Assembly: GCA_964016885.1 (NCBI GenBank)
Contig: OZ024741.1
Span: forward strand, 25,916,001 to 25,980,000
DNA from: Eledone cirrhosa
Taxonomy: Eukaryota
Direction: 5' to 3'
DNA length: 64,000 bases
Below the pieces are notes generated by a model. That model was given only the letters and a program-made list of their open reading frames with translations. It had not been told where the DNA came from and did not search any database. A program made the position numbers and the translations under genes. Position 1 is the stretch's first letter. The number at the start of each line of letters is the position of its first letter. Of this stretch, positions 1 to 12,700 are shown in pieces.

Positions 1-718
1 TTCCACCTACATCTACAGTCTACACTACAATATCTTTAGCTACATCTACAGTCTACACTACAATATCTTCCATCTACAGTCTACACTACAATATCTTCCA
101 CCAACATCTACAGTCTACACTACAATATCTGCCACCTACATCTACAGTCTACACTACAATATCTTCCACCTACATCTACAGTCTATACTACAATATCTTC
201 CACCAACATCTACAGTCTACACTACAATATCTTCCACCAACATCTACAGTTCTACACTACAATATCTTCCACCAACATCTACAGTCTACACTACAATATC
301 TTCCACCAACATCTACAGTCTACACTCCAATATCTTCCACCAACATCTACAGTCTACACTCCAATATCTTCCACCAACATCTACAGTCTACAATATCTTC
401 CACCAACATCTACAGTCTACACGACAATATCTTCCACCAACATCTACAGTCTACACTACAATATCTTCCACCTACATCTACAGTCTACACTACAATATCT
501 TCCACCAACATCTACAGTTTACACTACAATATCTTCCACCAACATCTACAGTCTACACTACAATATCTTCCACCAACATCTACAGTTTACACTACAATAT
601 CTTCCACCAACATCTACAGTCTACACTACAATATCTTCCACCAACATCTACAGTCTACACTACAATATCTTCCACCAACATCTACAGTCTACACTACAAT
701 ATCTTCCACCTACATCTA
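1..718. repeat. 34-bp minisatellite (CTTCCACCAACATCTACAGTCTACACTACAATAT), ~21 copies, runs off the window start
   Basis: Direct periodicity, e.g. cttcca at 601 and 635. Confidence 0.95.
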
Positions 719-814
719 TTGACTTTAAACCAACTAGAGTATTACATAAAAGCCTCAGTTTGTGTACATAAATAAGTTAAACTTTATCAATGTCTTTGTT
801 CTTTATCATTACAG

Positions 815-893
815 TTGGACCGCCATACACATTCCGTTTTAAGGTGAAATTCTTCTCTTCAGAACCCAATAATCTCCATGAAGAGATTACACG
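815..893 (+). CDS. EPB41L5: Internal coding exon of a band-4.1/FERM-domain gene (yurt / EPB41L5-EPB41L4B group)
   Basis: Pyrimidine tract plus AG at 813-814 and GT at 894. Translates (I)GPPYTFRFKVKFFSSEPNNLHEEIT(R), resembling the FERM-N/FERM-M junction recalled for EPB41L4B/L5 and Yurt (IGP.Y...RVK.YSSEPNNL.EE.TR). Starts in phase 1 and ends in phase 2. Orthologue assignment is from memory. Confidence 0.8.
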
Positions 894-1014
894 GTCAGTC
901 ACATTTTTATTGATTTTTTATTTCTTTAAATATAGCTGTTGTTTTCAGAAGCTTTGAGAATGTTTGAGATTTGAAATGTGTGTGTCCTAATACAAATGAC
1001 CATAATAATAGTAT

Positions 1015-1440
1015 TCTTCTTCCTTTTTTCTTCTTTGACCACTTATTCCTGGGAGGGTTCTCAATCAAACCTTTTAGCACATCCTGTCAGAAGCAACTAT
1101 CTCCAACTGATCCAGCTAGATCCCCAAGTGAGACCAGCCAAGTTCATGTATGTTATCCAACTATCTTGCTCGAGGTCTACCTTGGGTCTCCTGCCAGTTG
1201 GTTTGTTTTGCCCGTAAAATCTGTCTAGCGATTCTTTCCCCGAGACATTCTAACCACATGTCCATAGTATCGGAGCTGTGATCTCTCAATTCTCAGAAGT
1301 AGCAGCTCTACCTGGAGTAACTCTCTAATGTCTGAGCTACACACTCTATTAAGTAACGTTACTCCAAAGACCTTTTGTAGGGATCCCATTTCAGCTGCTT
1401 GTATTCACGATCGTATTGTTTCAGTCATTACCTGAGATTT
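1015..1440 (-). mobile_element. Degenerate 3' fragment of an old RTE-clade LINE (family C), carrying a single copy of the 97-bp satellite monomer
   Basis: The reverse strand matches the satellite monomer (gagacattctaaccacat...agctgtgatctctcaattc...agtagcagctctacctggag) and the sequences flanking the array at 3900-4000 and 17752-17945. Confidence 0.85.
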
Positions 1441-1449
1441 TAGCATCCA

Positions 1450-2130
1450 TTACTGTCACATAACCATATCACTGTCACATGACCATACCACCAGCACATG
1501 ACCATACCACCATCACATGACCATACCACCATCACATGACCATACCACCATCACATGACCATACCACTGTCACATGACCATGCCACTAATACCACCACAA
1601 CTACTACTACTACTACCACCGCCACCACTAACCTCTGCTCTATCATCTATGTATGGTTATAGAATTCTGTTTACAAATAGACTCCAAAACTGCCACCACT
1701 ACAACTACTACTGTTACTACATCTCTACCATACCATCCCCAACACATTCACATATCACCACCACCACCACCATCAAATCACCACACCACTACCACCATCA
1801 TCACCACCACACCACTACCACTGCCAACATCACTTCCCCCACCGCCACACCATCACACCACACCACACCACCAACACCACCACACCACCACTACAACACG
1901 ACCATACCACCATCACTACACCACCAACAACACCACCACACCACCACTACAACACCAACACCACCACCACCACCACCAACACCACCACACCACCACCAAC
2001 ACCACCACACCACCACCATCACTCCCCCACCACCACCACCAATACCACTACAACACCACCACCAACACCACCACACCACCACCACCAATACCAATACCGC
2101 TACAACACCCCCCCCCCCACCACCACCACA
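1450..2130. repeat. 19-bp minisatellite (CATCACATGACCATACCAC) followed by CAC/CCA low-complexity sequence
   Basis: Direct periodicity at 1490-1580. The His/Thr/Pro ORFs here are compositional artefacts. Confidence 0.85.
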
Positions 2131-2194
2131 CATCCCTATTAGTTATGGTGGTGAAATTGAAATTAATTGGACAGACCCACCCATCTCTGATATA

Positions 2195-2355
2195 ATAAAG
2201 GTTTCTTATTTAGGCACAAGGCCAGCAATTTGGAGTGAGAAGAAAGTCAAATATAACCCTCAGTATTTTACTGGTGCCTTAGTTTATCCCCCCACCCCCT
2301 AAAAGAAGGATGAAAAATCAAAGTTTCCCTTGCCAGGATTTGAACTCAGAATGAA
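2195..2355 (-). mobile_element. Degenerate Deu/Nin-domain SINE fragment
   Basis: ggtttcttatttaggcacaaggccagcaatt...aaggatgaaaa...ggatttgaactcag, homologous to the copies at 2735, 3555, 21278 and 27325. Confidence 0.7.
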
Positions 2356-2734
2356 GATTTTAAACAAATGACACAGAGTGATGGTGATGGTAGTGGTGGT
2401 GATGGTATAGACGGAGGTGGTGGTGATGATGATTTGATGATAATGATGATGATTTGATGTGGTGATGATGGTGATATTAGTGATGATGATGATGGTGATA
2501 TTGATATTGATGATGATGATGGTGATATTAGTGATGATGATGACAACAATGATAGAATGGTAGACAAAGAACACAAGACAGTGGAGAAGTACCGAAATCA
2601 GAAATATTATGAAATAGAATAAGGAATTGTTATAAAGTTGTTTTCATCCCAATTGTATTGGGAGGCTGAGGGAGGATGGTTAGATGTTTGAATGGTTGGT
2701 TGAAGCTGAGCAATTTCCTAACTTGATTATAATA

Positions 2735-2927
2735 ATAATTGTTTCTACTTTTGGCACAAAGCCAGCAATTACCCCAGTGCATTACTGGTACTTTATTTTA
2801 TCGACCCCGTAAGGATGAAAGGTAAAGTTAACCTCGGTGGGATTTGAACTCAGAATGACAAGGGCCATAACTCTATGCATCAAAGCATGGTGTCCAACCC
2901 TCTACCGATACTGCCAATCCACCGCCC
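2735..2927 (-). mobile_element. tRNA-derived SINE with Deu/Nin-like central domain
   Basis: The reverse complement gives a tRNA-like head, B-box-like GAGTTCAAATCC, then CTTTCATCC...GGGGTCGATAAAATAAAGTACCAG, which resembles the Deu/Nin core. Confidence 0.8.
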
Positions 2928-3234
2928 CTGTATATAGAATAATGTCCAAATGTCAGGAAAGTGAACAGTGTATGAATCACGATATACACACAGATACATG
3001 TATGCGTGTGTATGGAGGTGGAATATCAGGTGTAGTGTTGGCGTAAATTTTGGGAAGCATGGAGGTTTTGAAGGATACAGTGTCCCGACAGCTAACAAAT
3101 GATGCAGGTAGTTTGTTCCATGGGGGCTTGTTTGTCTGGCACAGCAAGAACCATAGAAAAGGTGCAAGAGATACCTAAGGCTGCATATCTAGCTTGATAT
3201 CTAGCTATCTAAATGTGCTAGATACTTAAAGCAC

Positions 3235-3279
3235 CATATCATCATCACCATCATCATCATCACCATCATCACCATCCTC

Positions 3280-3311
<32 letters not shown>

Positions 3312-3410
3312 TATCATCACCACCACCACCATCATTATCACCACCACCACCATCATTATCACCACCAGCATCATCATTATCATTACCAACATCATCATTA
3401 TCATCCCCAC

Positions 3411-3464
<54 letters not shown>

Positions 3465-3505
3465 TTTTACGTCCATTTTTTTCCACGCTTGCATGGGTTG
3501 ATATC
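3235..3505 (-). repeat. Expanded (GAT)n tail attached to an RTE-type 3' terminus (ccatgcaagcgtggaa...ggacgtaaaaatgatg)
   Basis: Same terminal motif as the RTE copies at 29470-29528 and 48885-48940. Confidence 0.75.
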
Positions 3506-3554
3506 TGGGAATCAAAATGTTGGCAGAGAAACAACAAAATGCTGAGTAAACAGA

Positions 3555-3777
3555 TAATAATAATGGTTTCTTATACAGGCACAAGGCCATCAATTTTGGG
3601 GGAGGGAAAAATCGATTAAATTGATCCCAGTGCTTGACTGGTACTTTATTTTATCGACTCTGGAAGGATGAAAGGCAAAGTTAACCTTGGTGGGATTTGA
3701 ACTCAGATCATAAAAGCCCGTAACTCTATGCTGCAAAGCATGGTGTCTGATGTTCTACCAATTGTGCCAATCCACCT
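3555..3777 (-). mobile_element. tRNA-derived Deu/Nin-type SINE
   Basis: Same family as 2735-2927. Confidence 0.8.
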
Positions 3778-3799
3778 AATAATGCTATTATTTTTATTC

Positions 3800-6700
3800 A
3801 GTCATCAGAAGAAGGGAGGTAGGCATAAAAGCCAAACTTGCTACCTTCAATTAGGTATTCAAGCCTACCCTTACCTATGGTCATGAATCTTGGCTAATGA
3901 CCAAAAGAATAGGATCACAAATACAAGCGGCCGAAACAGGCGTTCGTAACATTACTCGATAAATGCGTAACTTGGAGATCAGATAGTCACTCCAGGTAGA
4001 GCCACTACTTCTCCAAATTGGGAGATCACAGCTCCGATATTGTGGACATGTGGTTAGAATGTCTCAGGAAAGAATTGCAGGAGAGTTGCTCCAGGTAGAA
4101 CTGCAACTTCTCCGAATTGAGAGATCACAGCTCCAGCACTACAGATGTGGTTAGAATGTCTCAGGAAAGAATTGCAGGAGAGTTGCTCCAGGTAGAACTG
4201 CAACTTCTCCGAATTGAGAGATCACAGCTCCAGTACTAAGGATGTGGTTAGAATGTCTCAGGAAAGAATTGCTGGAGAGTTGCTCCAGGTAGAACTGCAA
4301 CTTCTCCGAATTGAGAGATCACAGCTCCAGTACTACAGATGTGGTTAGAATGTCTCAGGAAAGAATTGCTGGAGAGTTGCTCCAGGTAGAACTGCTACTT
4401 CTCCGAATTGAGAGATCACAGCTCCAGCACTACAGATGGGGTTAGAATGTCTCAGGAAAGAATTCCTGGAGAGTTGCTCCAGGTAGAACTGCTACTTCTC
4501 CGAATTGAGAGATCACAGCTCCAGTACTAAGGATGTGATTAGAATGTCTCAGGAAAGATTTGCTGGAGAGTTGCTCCAGGTAGAACTGCTACTTCTTCGA
4601 ATTGAGAGATCACAGCTCCAGTACTAAGGATGTGGTTAGAATGTCTCAGGAAAGAATTGCTGGAGAGTTGCTCCAGGTAGAACTGCTACTTCTCCGAATT
4701 GAGAGGTCACAGCTCCAGTACTAAGGATGTGATTAGAATGTCTCAGGAAAGAATTCCTGGAGAGTTGCTCCAGGTAGAACTGCTACTTCTCCGAATTGAG
4801 AGATCACAGCCCCAGTACTAAGGATGTGGTTAGAATGTCTCAGGAAAGAATTGCTGGAGAGTTGCTCCAGGTAGAACTGCTACTTCTCCGAATTGAGAGA
4901 TCACAGCTCCAGTACTAAGGATGTGGTTAGAATGTCTCAGGAAAGAATTGCTGGAGTGTTGCTCCAGGTAGAACTGCTACTTCTCCGAATTGAGAGATCA
5001 CAGCTCCAGTACTAAGGATGTGGTTAGTATGTCTCAGGAAAGAATTGCTGGAGTGTTGCTCCAGGTAGAACTGCTACTTCTCCGAAATGAGAGATCACAG
5101 CTCCAGCACTACAGATGTGGTTAGAATGTCTCAGGAAAGAATTGCTGGAGAGTTGCTCCAGGTAGAACTGCTACTTCTCCGAATTGAGAGATCACAGCTC
5201 CAGTACTAAGGATGTGGTTAGAATGTCTCAGGAAAGAATTGCTGGAGAGTTGCTCCAGGTAGAACTGCTACTTCTCCGAATTGAGAGGTCACATTTCCAG
5301 TACTAAGGATGTGATTAGAATGTCTCAGGAAAGAATTCCTGGAGAGTTGCTCCAGGTAGAACTGCTACTTCTCCGAATTGAGAGATCACAGCTCCAGTAC
5401 TAAGGATGTGGTTAGAATGTCTCAGGAAAGAATTGCTGGAGAGTTGCTCCAGGTAGAACTGTACTACTCCGAAATGAGAGATCACAGCTCCAGCACTACA
5501 GATGTGGTTAGAATGTCTCAGGAAAGAATTGCTGGAGTGTTGCTCCAGGTAGAACTGCTACTTCTCCGAAATGAGAGATCACAGCTCCAGCACTACAGAT
5601 GTGGTTAGAATGTCTCGGGAAAGAATTGCTGGAGAGTTGCTCCAGGTAGAACTGCAACTTCTCCGAATTGAGAGATCACAGCTCCAGTACTACAGATGTG
5701 GTTAGAATGTCTCAGGAAAGAATTGCTGGAGAGTTGCTCCAGGTAGAACTGTACTACTCCGAAATGAGAGATCACAGCTCCAGTACTAAGGATGTGATTA
5801 GAATGTCTCAGGAAAGAATTGCTGGAGAGTTGCTCCAGGTAGAACTGCTACTTCTCCGAATTGAGAGATCACAGCTCCAGTACTAAGGATGTGGTTAGAA
5901 TGTCTCAGGAAAGAATTGCTGGAGAGTTGCTCCAGGTAGAACTGTACTACTCCGAAATGAGAGATCACAGCTCCAGCACTACAGATGTGGTTAGAATGTC
6001 TCAGGAAAGAATTGCTGGAGTGTTGCTCCAGGTAGAACTGCTACTTCTCCGAAATGAGAGATCACAGCTCCAGCACTACAGATGTGGTTAGAATGTCTCG
6101 GGAAAGAATTGCTGGAGAGTTGCTCCAGGTAGAACTGCAACTTCTCCGAATTGAGAGATCACAGCTCCAGTACTACAGATGTGGTTAGAATGTCTCAGGA
6201 AAGAATTGCTGGAGAGTTGCTCCAGGTAGAACTGCTACTTCTCCGAATTGAGAGATCACAGCTCCAGTACTAAGGATGTGATTAGAATGTCTCAGGAAAG
6301 AATTGCTGGAGAGTTGCTCCAGGTAGAACTTCTACTTCTTAGAATTGAGAGATCACAGCTCCAGTACTAAGGATGTGATTAGAATGTCTCAGGAAAGAAT
6401 TGCTGGAGAGTTGCTCCAGGTAGAACTGCTACTTCTTAGAATTGAGAGATCACAGCTCCAGTACTACAGATGTGGTTAGAATGTCTCAGGAAAGAATTGC
6501 TGGAGAGTTGCTCCAGGTAGAACTGCTACTTCTCCGAATTGAGAGATCACAGCTCCAGTACGAAGGATGTGGTTAGAATGTCTCAAGAAAGAATTGCTGG
6601 AGAGTTGCTCCAGGTAGAACTGCTACTTCTCCGAATTGAGAGATCACAGCTCCAGTACTAAGGATGTGGTTAGAATGTCTCCGGAAAGAATTGCTGGAGA

Positions 6701-9700
6701 GTTGCTCCAGGTAGAACTGCTACTTCTCCGAATTGAGAGATCACAGCTCCAGTACTAAGGATGTGGTTAGAATGTCTCAGGAAAGAATTGCTGGAGAGTT
6801 GCTCCAGGTAGAACTGCTACTTCTCCGAATTGAGAGATCACAGCTCCAGTACTAAGGATGTGGTTAGAATGTCTCCGGAAAGAATTGCTGGAGAGTTGCT
6901 CCAGGTAGAACTGCTACTTCTCCGAATTGAGAGATCACAGCTCCAGTACTAAGGATGTGGTTAGAATGTCTCCGGAAAGAATTGCTGGAGAGTTGCTCCA
7001 GGTAGAACTGCTACTTCTCCGAATTGAGAGATCACAGCTCCAGTACTAAGGATGTGGTTAGAATGTCTCAGGAAAGAATTGCTGGAGTGTTGCTCCAGGT
7101 AGAACTGCTACTTCTCCGAATTGAGAGATCACAGCTCCAGTACTACAGATGGGGTTAGAATGTCTCAGGAAAGAATTGCTGGAGAGTTGCTCCAGGTAGA
7201 ACTGCTACTTCTCCGAATTGAGAGATCACAGCTCCATTACTACAGATGTGGTTAGAATGTCTCAGGAAACAATTGCTGGAGAGTTGCTCCAGGTAGAACT
7301 GCTACTTCTCCGAAATGAGAGATCACAGCTCCAGCACTACAGATGTGGTTAGAATGTCTCAGGAAAGAATTGCTGGAGAGTTGCTCCAGGTAGAACTGCT
7401 ACTTCTCCGAATTGAGAGATCACAGCTCCAGCACTACAGATGTGGTTAGAATGTCTCAGGAAAGAATTGCTGGAGAGTTCCTCCAGGTAGAACTGCTACT
7501 TCTCTGAATTGAGAGATCACAGCTCCAGTACTAAGGATGTGGTTAGAATGTCTCAGTAAAGAATTGCTGGAGAGTTGCTCCAGGTAGAACTGCTACTCCT
7601 CTGAATTGAGAGATCACAGCTCCAGTACTAAGGATGTGGTTAGAATGTCTCAGGAAAGAATTGCTGGAGAGTTGCTCCAGGTAGAACTGCTACTTCTCTG
7701 AATTGAGAGCTCACAGCTCCAGCACTACAGATGTGGTTAGAATGTCTCAGGAAAGAATTGCTGGAGAGTTGCTCCAGGTAGAACTGCTACTTCTCCGAAT
7801 TGAGAGGTCACAGCTCCAGTACTACAGATGTGGTTAGAATGTCTCAGGAAAGAATTGCTGGAGAGTTGCTCCAGGTAGAACTGCTACTTCTCCGAATTGA
7901 GAGATCACAGCTCCATTACTACAGATGTGGTTAGAATGTCTCAGGAAAGAATTGCTGGAGAGTTGCTCCAGGTAGAACTGCTACTTCTCCGAATTGAGAG
8001 ATCACAGCTCCAGTACTAAGGATGTGGTTAGAATGTCTCAGGAAACAATTGCTGGAGAGTTGCTCCAGGTAGAACTGCTACTTCTCCGAAATGAGAGATC
8101 ACAGCTCCAGCACTACAGATGTGGTTAGAATGTCTCAGGAAAGAATTGCTGGAGAGTTGCTCCAGGTAGAACTGCTACTTCTCCGAATTGAGAGATCACA
8201 GCTCCAGCACTACAGATGTGGTTAGAATGTCTCAGGAAAGAATTGCTGGAGAGTTCCTCCAGGTAGAACTGCTACTTCTCTGAATTGAGAGATCACAGCT
8301 CCAGTACTAAGGATGTGGTTAGAATGTCTCAGTAAAGAATTGCTGGAGAGTTGCTCCAGGTAGAACTGCTACTCCTCTGAATTGAGAGATCACAGCTCCA
8401 GTACTAAGGATGTGGTTAGAATGTCTCAGGAAAGAATTGCTGGAGAGTTGCTCCAGGTAGAACTGCTACTTCTCTGAATTGAGAGCTCACAGCTCCAGCA
8501 CTACAGATGTGGTTAGAATGTCTCAGGAAAGAATTGCTGGAGAGTTGCTCCAGGTAGAACTGCTACTTCTCCGAATTGAGAGGTCACAGCTCCAGTACTA
8601 AGGATGTGATTAGAATGTCTCAGGAAAGAATTCCTGGAGAGTTGCTCCAGGTAGAACTGCTACTTCTCTGAATTGAGAGATCACAGCTCCAGTACTAAGG
8701 ATGTGGTTAGAATGTCTCAGGAAAGAATTGCTGGAGAGTTGCTCCAGGTAGAACTGCTACTTCTCCGAATTGAGAGATCACAGCTCCAGTACTAAGGATG
8801 TGGTTAGAATGTCTCAGGAAAGAATTGCTGGAGAGTTGCTCCAGGTAGAACTGCTACTTCTCCGAATTGAGAGATCACAGCTCCAGTACTAAGGATGTGG
8901 TTAGAATGTCTCAGGAAAGAATTGCTGGAGAGTTGCTCCAGGTAGAACTGCTACTTCTCCGAATTGAGAGATCACAGCTCCAGTACTAAGGATGTGGTTA
9001 GAATGTCTCAGGAAAGAATTGCTGGAGTGTTGCTCCAGGTAGAACTGCTACTTCTCCGAAATGAGAGATCACAGCTCCAGCACTACAGATGTGGTTAGAA
9101 TGTCTCAGGAAAGAATTGCTGGAGAGTTGCTCCAGGTAGAACTGCTACTTCTCCGAATTGAGAGATCACAGCTCCAGTACTAGAGATGTGGTTAGAATGT
9201 CTCAGGAAAGAATTGCTGGAGAGTTGCTCCAGGTAGAACTGCTACTTCTCCGAATTGAGAGATCACAGCTCCAGTACTAAGGATGTGGTTAGAATGTCTC
9301 AGGAAAGAATTGCTGGAGTGTTGCTCCAGGTAGAACTGCTACTTCTCCGAATTGAGAGATCACAGCTCCAGTACTACAGATGTGGTTAGAATGTCTCAGG
9401 AAAGAATTGCTGGAGAGTTGCTCCAGGTAGAACTGCTACTACTCCGAATTGAGAGATCACAGCTCCAGTACTAAGGATGTGGTTAGAATGTCTCAGGAAA
9501 GAATTGCTGGAGTGTTGCTCCAGGTAGAACTGCTACTTCTCCGAATTGAGAGATCACAGCTCCAGTACTACAGATGTGGTTAGAATGTCTCAGGAAAGAA
9601 TTGCTGGAGAGTTGCTCCAGGTAGAACTGCAACTTCTCCGAATTGAGAGATCACAGCTCCAGTACTACAGATGTGGTTAGAATGTCTCAGGAAAGAATTG

Positions 9701-12700
9701 CTGGAGTGTTGCTCCAGGTAGAACTGCTACTTCTCCGAATTGAGAGCTCACAGCTCCAGTATTACAGATGTGGTTAGAATGTCTCAGGAAAGAATTGCTG
9801 GAGAGTTGCTCCAGGTAGAACTGCAACTTCTCCGAATTTAGAGATCACAGCTCCAGTACTACGGATGTGGTTAGAATGTCTCAGGAAAGAATTGCTGGAG
9901 AGTTGCTCCAGGTAGAACTGCAACTTCTCCGAAATGAGAGATCACAGCTCCAGTACTAAGGATGTGGTTAGAATGTCTCAGGAAAGAATTGCTGGAGAGT
10001 TGCTCCAGGTAGAACTGCCACTTCTCCGAATTGAGAGATCACAGCTCCAGTACTAAGGATGTGGTTAGAATGTCTCAGTAAAGAATTGCTGGAGAGTTGC
10101 TCCAGGTAGAACTGCTACTTCTCCGAATTGAGAGGTCACAGCTCCAGTACTAAGGATGTGGTTAGAATGTCTCAGGAAAGAATTGCTGGAGAGTTGCTCC
10201 AGGTAGAACTGCTACTTCTCCGAATTGAGAGATCACAGCTCCAGCACTACAGATGTGGTTAGAATGTCTCAGGAAAGAATTGCTGGAGAGTTGCTCCAGG
10301 TAGAACTGCTACTTCTCCGAATTGAGAGGTCACAGCTCCAGTACTAAGGATGTGGTTAGAATGTCTCAGGAAAGAATTGCTGGAGAGTTGCTCCAGGTAG
10401 AACTGCTACTTCTCCGAATTGAGAGATCACAGCTCCAGTACTAAGGATGTGGTTAGAATGTCTCAGGAAAGAATTGCTGGAGAGTTGCTCCAGGTAGAAC
10501 TGCTACTTCTCCGAATTGAGAGATCACAGCTCCAGTACTACAGATGTGGTTAGAATGTCTCAGGAAAGAATTGCTGGAGAGTTGCTCCAGGTAGAACTGC
10601 TACTTCTCCGAATTGAGAGGTCACAGCTCCAGTACTAAGGATGTGGTTAGAATGTCTCAGGAAAGAATTGCTGGAGAGTTGCTCCAGGTAGAACTGCTAC
10701 TTCTCCGAATTGAGAGATCACAGCTCCAGTACTACAGATGTGGTTAGAATGTCTCAGGAAAGAATTGCTGGAGAGTTGCTCCAGGTAGAACTGCTACTTC
10801 TCCGAATTGAGAGGTCACAGCTCCAGCACTACAGATGTGGTTAGAATGTCTCAGGAAAGAATTGCTGGAGAGTTGCTCCAGGTAGAACTGCTACTTCTCC
10901 GAATTGAGAGGTCACAGCTCCAGTACTACAGATGTGGTTAGAATGTCTCAGGAAAGAATTGCTGGAGAGTTGCTCCAGGTAGAACTGCTACTTCTCCGAA
11001 TTGAGAGGTCACAGCTCCAGCACTACAGATGTGGTTAGAATGTCTCAGGAAAGAATTGCTGGAGAGTTGCTCCAGGTAGAACTGCTACTTCTCCGAATTG
11101 AGAGGTCACAGCTCCAGTACTACAGATGTGGTTAGAATGTCTCAGGAAAGAATTGCTGGAGAGTTGCTCCAGGTAGAACTGCTACTTCTCCGAATTGAGA
11201 GGTCACAGCTCCAGTACTACAGATGTGGTTATAATGTCTCAGGAAAGAATTGCTGGAGAGTTGCTCCAGGTAGAACTGCAACTTCTCCGAATTGAGAGAT
11301 CACAGCTCCAGTACTACAGATGTGGTTAGAATGTCTCAGGAAAGAATTGCTGGAGAGTTGCTCCAGGTAGAACTGCTACTTCTCCGAATTGAGAGATCAC
11401 AGCTCCAGTACTAAGGATGTGATTAGAATGTCTCAGGAAAGAATTGCTGGAGAGTTGCTCCAGGTAGAACTGCTACGTCTTCGAATTGAGAGATCACAGC
11501 TCCAGTACTAAGGATGTGGTTAGAATGTCTCAGGAAAGAATTGCTGGAGAGTTGCTCCAGGTAGAACTGCTACTTCTCCGAATTGAGAGGTCACATTTCC
11601 AGTACTAAGGATGTGATTAGAATGTCTCAGGAAAGAATTCCTGGAGAGTTGCTCCAGGTAGAACTGCTACTTCTCCGAATTGAGAGATCACAGCTCCAGT
11701 ACTAAGGATGTGGTTAGAATGTCTCAGGAAAGAATTGCTGGAGAGTTGCTCCAGGTAGAACTGCTACTTCTCCGAATTGAGAGATCACAGCTCCAGTACT
11801 AAGGATGTGGTTAGAATGTCTCAGGAAAGAATTGCTGGAGAGTTGCTCCAGGTAGAACTGCTACTTCTCCGAATTGAGAGATCACAGCTCCAGTACTAAG
11901 GATGTGGTTAGAATGTCTCAGGAAAGAATTGCAGGAGAGTTGCTCCAGGTAGAACTGCTACTTCTCCGAATTGAGAGATCACAGCTCCAGTACTAAGGAT
12001 GTGGTTAGAATGTCTCAGGAAAGAATTGCTGGGTGTTGCTCCAGGTAGAACTGCTACTTCTCCGAAATGAGAGATCACAGCTCCAGCACTACAGATGTGG
12101 TTAGAATGTCTCAGGAAAGAATTGCTGGAGAGTTGCTCCAGGTAGAACTGCAACTTCTCCGAATTGAGAGATCACAGCTCCAGTACTACAGATGTGGTTA
12201 TAATGTCTCAGGAAAGAATTGCTGGAGAGTTGCTCCAGGTAGAACTGCTACTTCTCCGAATTGAGAGGTCACAGCTCCAGTACTAAGGATGTGATTAGAA
12301 TGTCTCAGGAAAGAATTCCTGGAGAGTTGCTCCAGGTAGAACTGCTACTTCTCTGAATTGAGAGATCACAGCTCCAGTACTAAGGATGTGGTTAGAATGT
12401 CTCAGGAAAGAATTGCTGGAGAGTTGCTCCAGGTAGAACTGCTACTTCTCCGAATTGAGAGATCACAGCTCCAGTACTAAGGATGTGGTTAGAATGTCTC
12501 AGGAAAGAATTGCTGGAGAGTTGCTCCAGGTAGAACTGCTACTTCTCCGAATTGAGAGATCACAGCTCCAGTACTAAGGATGTGGTTAGAATGTCTCAGG
12601 AAAGAATTGCTGGAGAGTTGCTCCAGGTAGAACTGCTACTTCTCCGAATTGAGAGATCACAGCTCCAGTACTAAGGATGTGGTTAGAATGTCTCAGGAAA

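Noticed and set aside
1574-3593. His/Thr/Pro-, Met- and Asp-rich ORFs
   Set aside because: Trinucleotide microsatellite translations with no splice or domain support.
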